A stretch of 64,000 bases of DNA from Octopus vulgaris (lineage: Eukaryota), in contig OX597821.1 in NCBI GenBank assembly GCA_951406725.2, forward strand, positions 69,564,001 to 69,628,000, given 5' to 3'. The notes under the pieces were generated by a model. That model was not told where the DNA came from, searched no databases, and worked only from the letters and a program-made list of their open reading frames with translations. Position numbers and translations under genes: made by a program. Positions 54,622 to 64,000 of this stretch are shown piece after piece (position 1 is the stretch's first letter; the number at the start of each line of letters is the position of its first letter).

Positions 54622-55465
54622 TAGAGCAGAATACCATGCATGGACATGTTAGTAGAAAGCTCCAAAATGATAACAATGAACATCAAAGCAGTCCATCATG
54701 GACCAATGGCCGGGTTGCTACTCCCACTTTGAAGGGTATGCGTTTGCCATCCAAGAACAAAATACCTGATGCACAAAATGGATAGAGATGCAGGAAAAGC
54801 AGAAAAATGTGACAAGCGATGCAGACTTTGTGGAGTTAACACCGAAGATATCACCCACATCAGACGCAGTTGTCCGAAAATCTCATCATAGTTTTATCCA
54901 TTGATGAGGCATGTTATTGTAGCTATAATAAAATCACCGAGGACAAAGAAATAAGAACCCACAGTATGGTAGAAGCCATAGTCAATCATAAGAAAAAGGA
55001 GTACTGGAGGAAAGACCCAGTGAAGATCTCAATAAAATGTAAGCACAGCAGCAGGCCTGATATAATGATTTGGGATGAAGAAGAGAAACTATATGCGGCT
55101 GAGGAAATTAGCTGCCAAGCGGATGAAAACATAAAGCTGAAGATCAGTCAAAAAGTGAACACATTCGCTGAACTATTGAGAAATCTGCAGTTACTCTATC
55201 CAGATTACAAGTTCATGTTTATATCTGTAATTATTGAAGCACTGGAATATTTAGCACACTGTCTAAATACCAATCTTGGGAAATTAGGCTTCTCAAAACA
55301 AGAAAGGAGAAAGCTAATTCGAATACTGCAGATCCAATCCATCAATGGAACTGTAAAATTCTGTAAAACTTTCCAGAAGTTTACCATTTTAATATTATGA
55401 GCATGTCTAGATATGCAACTAGAGGCACGAGAATACATACATAAAACAAAACATGCAAATCTGCA
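54622..55465 (+). mobile_element. RLE-LINE 3' portion (CCHC plus endonuclease) embedded in (TACA)n
   Basis: FEGYAFAIQEQ, CRLCGVNTEDITHIRRSC, RPDIMIWD...EEISC, with (TACA)n on both sides. Confidence 0.82.
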
Positions 55466-56004
55466 CATATATATACATACAAACATACATACATACATAC
55501 ATACATACATACATACATACATACATACATACATACATGCATACATATAATCATATGTATGTTCTTTCGTTCCCCCTCTCTCACATTTCTTTACCTTCTC
55601 TTCTTGCTCACTTTCCCTCCACTTTTCACTTCACTGAGTCCCTGTCATTTTTCTCATCCCTCCTTAATTCTTCTGTCTTTCTGCCTCTATCCCTTTCTCT
55701 TCTCTTCCCACGTGACCAGCGTTCGGCCAAGCCTGATCTTTCTTTCTTGGTCTGGCTGTTTTCCTTGCAACATTGATATTCCTCCCTTTGCTTGTGAAAT
55801 CTTGTATCCCTGCAATAAGGCTTCATTTCCACACGCACCAGCTTAATTTAATTCGTTCTTACTCGAAAGACACCTGTTGTTATGTCCTGTTATCATTTTT
55901 ATTGTATTTGTGTAACATTGTCCGTTCTTTTCCGTCCTTGTTTTTGTATACATTCGCTGCTTTCTTCCAAGGAATTTAATGCTCTTAGCTTAGTTTTTCC
56001 TTGG

Positions 56005-56077
56005 GGCTGACCAGATCGGAGCAATCTCGAGTATAATCAGCCGAAATTGCGAAGATAATCTGGTACTCGACCGAGGA
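56005..56077 (+). ncRNA. Non-circularly permuted hammerhead-like motif
   Basis: gcaau-C-ucgagua-uaa-ucagcc-GAA-auugc...uacucga-CCGAGGA. Homologous to 39383-39460 with compensatory changes. Confidence 0.55.
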
Positions 56078-56164
56078 AAGAAAATTGTTTTCTATGTATC
56101 GTCTGGATGTTTTGTTGTCCAATTTTTGTATCACCTAACTGTCCGGATGTTTTGTGTTCTTGTC

Positions 56165-56224
<60 letters not shown>

Positions 56225-57660
56225 ATATCATTTTTTTTCATTTTCATTTTATCTAGTGTTCGACTAAACACTTCGGGGTGGTGCTCCAGCATGGCCGCAG
56301 TTCAATTGCTGAAACAAGTAAACAATAAAAGACAAAAGCCCGACATACTGAAGGAATGAAAAGCAGGATAAAATTTTTGGTGTCTTTATTCACTCAAATA
56401 CTTTGTACCGAGTAAGGAGGATCTGTTGGAAGTAATCGAGATCCTTCTTAAACTATGTTTGAGATAAAAAATGGAACTCAGTTGAGAATCGAAAAGAAAG
56501 AATTTATCACATTTTGACTCACGTAGATCTGTATGTAATTTTATTGACTGAATTTTATAGTTTCTGTAATTATGTTTAAGAAAGGCTCTTTCGTTTACGA
56601 TCAGTTATGCGATGTCAAAATTCTCTTCATCCATTCTGTTCGGATAAAAAATATCGAAATTTATTGAGGTGTGCGCACGTACATGAATGTATGTATAAAT
56701 ATGTGCTGCGTGCGTGCGCACATAACAAAAACAATGTCACATTTTAAATATGAGAAAAGTCTTGAAAAATTTTACTGTTGCGCTTCTAGATTGTATTTGT
56801 AACGTGCGATGGTTTGTGTTCCAGTTCAGTGTTGACTGTCGGGAAAAAAGAGTTCTCGATACCGTAGTAGAGATCAATAATATTTTGATCGAGTTAGTCT
56901 CAGCTCCTCTGATGTTTGTCGCTGGTGCACAGAGTCTGCAGGAAAGTTACGAATCATAGTCAAATGATTGAAACAAGCAAAAGAAATAAAGAATATGTAT
57001 GTCATTAGAAAAGCCAGTGCGCATGTCATAGAAAGATTTTAACCTAGAGCCTATTTCTCTTGCATAATTTGAAAATTTCCCAGCCTGGTAGACTTTTTGC
57101 TAAACCAGTCATTAAGCTGTTTACTATATATTATATGCCTCAGAGTGGTCGAGACAACTTTGTCTGGGAAATGATCCACTGCATAGCACTGACAACCCGC
57201 TGCAATAGCAATATGCACTTTTGTCGCTTTCACGATGGATTCCGGGACGATGGCCTTTCGTCCGATTCTGAAATATATTATTTATTTATTTATGTTTATT
57301 AAACTGCGTCAAAAAGGGATCTTTTCCGAGACGACGACTGCTACCTCTGACTTTCAATGATATAAGTATATAATGTGTGTGTGTGTGTGTGAGTTTGTGC
57401 CCCACTACCGCTAGACAACTGGTATTTGTGTATTTGTATCCCCACCAACTAGCAGTTCGGCAAAAGGTAACTATAGAAAATGTAACAGGCTTTAAAAAAT
57501 GTAATGGGTCCTGGGGTCCATTCATTCCACTATAAATATTTACTCTCCCATTTACGGATTGTGCTGGTCAGTTGGTTGATTTCCTTTTCTGAAAATCCAA
57601 GCTTGGCCAGAATGTATATATGTATGTATGTATGTATGCTTGCATGCATGCATGCATGCA

Positions 57661-57768
<108 letters not shown>

Positions 57769-57784
57769 CATCCATCCATCCATC

Positions 57785-57880
<96 letters not shown>

Positions 57881-58053
57881 ATCAATATATCTATCTATCT
57901 ATCTATCTATGCTTGCTCAAATCCTGAATAATTTTGCTTTAATTTGACTTAGCCCAAAATTTAGCATCCATGAAATTCGAATTTGCTGTCACTTTTACTA
58001 TTCAAAATAGATGTTGCATTCTCTTTTATGCATTAATTCCTTTCTTCAACAGA

Positions 58054-58170
<117 letters not shown>

Positions 58171-58173
58171 ATC

Positions 58174-59894
58174 AGAGCACGTTCCGTGGACCGTGCATCT
58201 GCTCTCTCTCCCCGAACCCGCCCTGCAGTCTCCCGCCTGCCTCTTCTCCTCACCTACCACCCCACCCCTACCTCTCCAACGCACCATTCTCCGAGCTTTC
58301 CGGCATCCCCAGTCCCTAACCGACCCCTCCCCTCCTTCAAACGATCTCACAGTTTCTTCCCCAACCCTACCTCCCAACCTGGCTCGTTCCCCTGCTCCCG
58401 CCCACGCTGCCACACTTGCCCTTACCTCTCCAACACCACCCTCCTCATCGGCACCCATCATCGATCCTATCGCATCATCGACTCCTTCACCTGCACCCCA
58501 ACAATATCATCTATTGCATCTCCTGCTCACTCTGCCATTCCCTGTACATCGGACAAACGGGACGCCCCTTGGCTGACCGGTTCACGGAACACCTCCGAGA
58601 CATCCGCCTCGGCAATGACAGCCCGGTCTCACGCCATTTTCACTCCACCGGTCACTCCTTGCAACACCTGTCTGTGTTCGGATTGTCCTTGCACAGAGGC
58701 CATCCGGACTCTCATTTGCGCCGTGAACAGAGATTAATCTTCACTCTTCGCTCTTTTACGCCATTTGGGCTCAACCCTCCTCACCTCTTCATCTAACCTC
58801 CTCCCCGACTCCTACTTCTCTTCACTCCTATATCTTTTCACCCCTACTCTCTTTCCTTCTTCTCCCTTACTCTCTTTCTCTCTTCTCTCTTTCTCTCTGC
58901 TCTCTCACTCTCCTTCTCTCCTCTCTCCCCTCCCTCCTCCTTCTTCCCACCCAACTCTCCTCTCTTGCCCCGACTCCTACTTCTCTTCACTGCTACTTCT
59001 CTTCACCTCTTCACCCCTTAATCTCTTTCCCTCTTCTCTCTCACTCTCTTTCTCTCTTCTCTCCTACTCTCTTTCTCTCTTTATCTCCCCTCTTACTCTA
59101 TTTCTCTCTTCTCTCGTTCTCTCTTCTCTCTTATTCTCTTTCTCTCTTCCCTCATTCTCTCTCCTCTCTTATTCTCTTTCTCTCTTCTCCCCTACTCTTT
59201 CATCCTCTCTTTCTCTCTTCTCTCCTCCTATCTCTCCTCACATACCCACCTTCCCCTCCCCCCATAAGTCCACTCACCCCTACACATCCCTACTCCACCT
59301 TCCCTATCCTTCCCATCCCCTCATCCTATCCCCCCATATCCCCCCCACATACCCCACCCCCACCATTATCCACACCCTCTGCCTACCCACATACCCCACC
59401 TCTACCCACACCCTCTGCGTACCCACAAACCCCAACCCCAACCCTCAGCCGTGCTTCCCCCACCTCCCAATAACACTACACCACACCACACCATACAACA
59501 TTACACATAACACCACAACACACCACCCACACACCCATCCCCACATTTTCACACCTACACATACACACACACGTCCAGACCACCAGCCCTCTTTCACACG
59601 CACATACATACTCTCTTATACACACACGCACCTTCATGTTGGGGGTCATCTTTACTTTGTTATCTCCCCTACTTTCCTTCTCGTGCGCGACCCTACTGTC
59701 CGGCACTAGTAGCCATGATAGATCGTTGGCCACTACACACATTTTTTTCTCTCCTTGTTTTTCTGTCCCTTTCTGTAGAAGAGCGTAGGCTCGAAACGTA
59801 AAAGACTCTTTCTATTCCTGAGCGTTATACTAATAAATCTGTTTGTTTTGTACACCACCTGTCTTCGTCTTTTGTTGTTTTTTTCTTAAACTCT

Positions 59895-59897
<3 letters not shown>
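58174..59897 (+). mobile_element. Penelope-like element 3' part: GIY-YIG fragment (58174-58796), CT/CA-rich spacer, pLTR
   Basis: CSRPRCHTC and NNIIYCISCSLCHSLYIGQTGRPLADRFTEH, frameshift near 58495, ends at (TA)n. Confidence 0.85.
59769..59804 (+). ncRNA. Minimal hammerhead-like motif (core A6 altered)
   Basis: cuuu-CUGUAGA-a-gagc-guag-gcuc-GAA-ACGU-A-aaag. Confidence 0.5.
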
Positions 59898-59947
<50 letters not shown>

Positions 59948-59949
<2 letters not shown>

Positions 59950-60246
59950 GGCGCGTAGCATTCGGCTCACGATCGCAAAGTCGTGAGTTCAATCCCCGGC
60001 GACGCGTTGTGTCCTTGAGCAAGACGCTTTATTTCACTTTTCTGCAGTCTACTCAGCTGGCAAAATGAGTTGCACCTGTATTTCAAAGGGCCAACCTTGT
60101 CACACTCTGTGTCACGCTGAATCTCCCTGAGAACTACGTTAAGGGTACACGTGTCTGTGGAGTGCTCAGCCTCTTGCACGCTCATTTCACGAGCAGACTG
60201 TTCCGATGATCGTATCAGCTGGAACCCTCGTGGTCGTAACCGACGT
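59948..60246 (+). mobile_element. tRNA-derived SINE (third family)
   Basis: B box gagttcaatcccc followed by gttgtgtccttgagcaagac. Confidence 0.65.
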
Positions 60247-60259
60247 ATATATATATATA

Positions 60260-60311
<52 letters not shown>

Positions 60312-60312
<1 letters not shown>

Positions 60313-60656
60313 TCATTCTTGCTCACAGCATCATAAGCGGAAAGTGTAACCTCTCGAAAGAGCTGTTCTTCACTCCTGCTCCAGAGCGTCGGCTGCGGGG
60401 TCACTCCGAAAAGGTCTATCTGCGACGATTTCATCTCAATCGAAGGGGAGGGGCTTTCTCCGTCCGGGTTGCGGATCCGTGGAATAAGCTGCCGGACGAG
60501 ATAGTGAAGATGCCGACGACCGCTCGGTTCAAAGTCTCCCTTGACCAGAAATGGCCTGAACTCTTTGCATGAACACCACCCTGTACATAACTCCATGTCC
60601 CCCTACATGGCCTTGCTTTTTGCTTTTTGAGCCAAATAATTAACTTAACTTAACTT
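60312..60656 (+). mobile_element. CR1-type LINE 3' end
   Basis: RLRGHSEKV...FSVRVADPWNKLPDEIV...FKVSLD matches the CR1 ORF2 C-terminus, with (TAACT)n tail. Confidence 0.88.
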
Positions 60657-61143
60657 ATGAGTGCGATGGTGGGTGCATGTGATATCTACTCAAGGCGGTA
60701 CTCTAGCATGGGCTCAGTCTAATGACTGAAACAAGTAAAAAAACTAAAGGATAAAAGAAAAGCTCAGTGTGAGCGACATGCACAAGTCAAATGGTACAGG
60801 ATGTATAGCAGCAGATACCTGTCCAATGTGCTGTGCAGTGGGAATGAACGTGGTTGCGAAGACGTCTTCTTAACCACACGGCCATGTCTGCGTCTTTGTA
60901 GTCTTTCTATGTCCGTTTCTTTTTTGGTGTCTGCATGATTCTCCTTGGCAGCGCGTCTGTATGTCTTTATCGGAATATATATATGTGTATCTCGTGTCTA
61001 TATATGCATATATATTCGTTCGCGTCTATATTTTATGTAACTATATGAGTGTGTGTCTGTGTATGTGTATATGTGCATATAGATATATATGTCTGTATAC
61101 GTTATCTCACTCGCATTTTTCTCCCACCTCCCCCTCTCGCTAA

Positions 61144-61180
<37 letters not shown>

Positions 61181-61975
61181 AGTGTGTGTGTGTGTGTATG
61201 TTTAACTATTTAAACCAGTATATGTTTATATCCGCATTTCTCTTTCTGTATGGATGTATGTATAAAAGTGTTTAAAGGTAAATGTTTGACCAATTTGTAA
61301 CAAGGTATATATTTGTGTATAGATTTGTGAATGTGTGCGCGTGGGTATGTGCATGCGTGTGTGTCTTTGTAAGTGAATCAGTGCGTACTTGTGTTTGTGT
61401 ACGCGGCGTGCGTATGTACTTGAGTATGCTTATATATCTATATTATACATAAGTGTGTATATACGTTTCAGTGTTTGCATGTATGTGTCTATTTATACAA
61501 AGCCCTTGTATGTTTTAAGCACCAAATCTAATACGTGTGTGCGCGTGTATGCGTGCGTGCATGCTTGTACCTGCGTGTTTGTTGACAAGTGTGCGTGAGT
61601 GTGTCTGTATACGTTTCTCTGTGTGTGTGACTACATCTGCATTTGTGTGTATGTGTCTGTATTTATATAAAGCCCTCTTAAGATTTAATCAGAAAATCTA
61701 TCAAGTTGAAAATACGACACAAATTGCTTTAATGCCATCCTTTCATCTTGTCAATTCACTTTAAATAATATTTCTTTCTTCAGAGGTCTGTTGGCTTTGC
61801 AGATGCGAAGAGGAAAAAACACTTATTTTTATACAACTCTCTTTGTACCATTAACTAAGTAAAGCGGATGACAAATTAGAAAGTTTAATCGACTATCAGA
61901 TCTAAACGCATTATTCCAAGCTATGCTTGCATGAATGTATAGCTATGAAGGGGTGTGTGTGTGTGTGTGTATGTA

Positions 61976-62050
<75 letters not shown>

Positions 62051-62334
62051 ATATATATATATATGTATGTATATATATATATGTATGTATATGTATATAT
62101 ATATATACATATATATATACATACATATATATGTATATGTGAGTGTGTGCATGTGTGCGTGCATGTGTGTGTGTATGTGTATATATATGTGTATGTAAGT
62201 GTATTAAGTATACGTATATATTATATATATATATATATATACATATATATATACATATATATGTATATGTGTGTGCGTGCATGTGTGTACGTATGTGTAT
62301 ATATATGTGTACGTAAGTGTATTAAGTATACGTA

Positions 62335-62380
<46 letters not shown>

Positions 62381-62823
62381 ATATATGCAGCTATATATAG
62401 GCATATCTTGACAGTACATATGTAAGCACGGATCCACACAGATACAAGTAGATATGCATATTCATGTGTGCATGTCCCTGTACACATATTTACAGGAATA
62501 TATACATATGTTTGTATGTATATTTGTACTCGTATGGGCATATTTGCATATATGCATATATATATGTGTGTGTGTATGTGTGCCTGTGTGAGGGAGAGAG
62601 AGAGAGAGAAAGAGAGAGGGAAAGAGAGAGAGAGAAATAGAAATAAATGCATAGAAATAGAAACATTCAGAACAGAGTCAAGGATATAATATAAATGTCT
62701 TTATACGCATGTACGTATACATACATACATTTGTATATACGTTTATATATATATATGTATATAAACAAACATACACATATATGTATGTGTATGTCTGTGT
62801 GTTTATGAATATATGTGTATGTG

Positions 62824-62874
<51 letters not shown>

Positions 62875-63189
62875 CATAAGCGTGTGTGTGCGTGTTTTGT
62901 TACATATATGCTTATTCTAATGTTTTGTCTTCGACCAATTGTTTTAGCTTTATAAAACAAATTCAATAACGAAATACAATAAAGAATATCAGAACTGCAG
63001 CGAAATCCGCAAACGGTCTCTCCACCAGAAATCTATTACATTTGTCTTTTATTTTATAAACTTAACGTCGAGTAATTATCCCGGTACTTCGGGGGAAGAC
63101 ACAACTCTCGGCTTTTGTAGTCTGAGTGGAGTAAATTATCCAAACCATTCGATTCTATTGCTGTTAATACTGCTGTGAGGGGAGGGGGG

Positions 63190-63835
63190 ATGAGTTTAAT
63201 AATAGTTTCACATTTTGGCGCAAGGTCAGCAATTGTAATGGGGGTGGGGGAGTTTGTCGATTACATCGACCTCAGTGTATGGCTGGTACTTTATTTTATT
63301 GGTGTCGAGAAGTTGAAACGTAAAGTTGGGTTCGGAGGTATGTGAACGCAGAACATAAAGCCAAAAGAAATGTCAAGAAGCTTGTTCGACGCGCAAACAA
63401 TTTCGCCATCTGACCACCTTTGATGCGTTTTATAATTCCGTCCACTATATATAGAATGTCTGAAATCTTTCGGGAAGGGTCTAATTGATTACACCAACCC
63501 AGTCATTCAAATAGTATTTATTTTATCAACTCCGAAAGAACTGGCAGAAATTCTCCAAAGCGCTTTCTTCGCCCTGCTAACGATTCTACCAGCTCATCAC
63601 CTTTCTGATGTGTTTTTCATAATTCTTCCTGTTATTATAGATGCAAAGCCTGAAATTCTAGGGGAAGAGACCAGTCGATTTCATCGACTCCCCCGATGCT
63701 CAACTGGTACTTATTTCATCGGCCCCCAAAAAGATGAGAGGTAGAGTCGACATCGGTGGTATTTGAACTCAGAACTTAAAGACGCTAAAAAAATGTTGTT
63801 CGATGCGCTAACCTTTCTTGCCAGTTTACCGCTTG
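63190..63835 (-). mobile_element. Decayed tandem copies of the 1711-type SINE
   Basis: About three diverged units (gtcgatt.catcgac...ctggtactt.tttt...gaactcagaac). Confidence 0.55.
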
Positions 63836-64000
63836 AATATGGAGTTTAACAATAATAGATAAACAGCGTTCTTTTGCCTACAAACCAACATAGCTTATTA
63901 TTCTAGTTTCAGATTGACGTAAACGATTCAGTACTCTTGTCAAAAGTGGCGTGGTCGTTTGTATTGTCACTAGACTGACTGGCAATAGCAGCAACATCTC

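Noticed and set aside
58765-59709. 314-aa Ser/Leu/Pro/His ORF
   Set aside because: Translation of the pyrimidine/CA-rich spacer of the Penelope element.

Overview
Repeat-saturated animal DNA, most likely a coleoid cephalopod such as Octopus (inferred from the SINE types and the extreme microsatellite density). No host protein-coding gene can be supported, and almost all ORFs in the track are microsatellite translations. Recognisable content: Penelope-like retroelements (PLEs; RT and GIY-YIG fragments, pseudo-LTRs); R4/Dong-like restriction-endonuclease LINEs embedded in (TAA)n; a second RLE family embedded in (TACA)n; CR1/RTE fragments; Tc1 (DD34E-type) and maT (DD37D) DNA transposons; MITEs; tRNA-derived SINEs; and two foldback palindromes. 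The most notable signals are (1) about ten hammerhead-ribozyme-like motifs, four of them with the core strands in a non-circularly permuted (pseudoknotted) order and with covarying stems, and (2) a 2.1-kb ORF1-only (zinc-knuckle) retroposon inserted with a ~15-bp target duplication into the tRNA-derived head of a SINE. All alignments and folds were done by eye.
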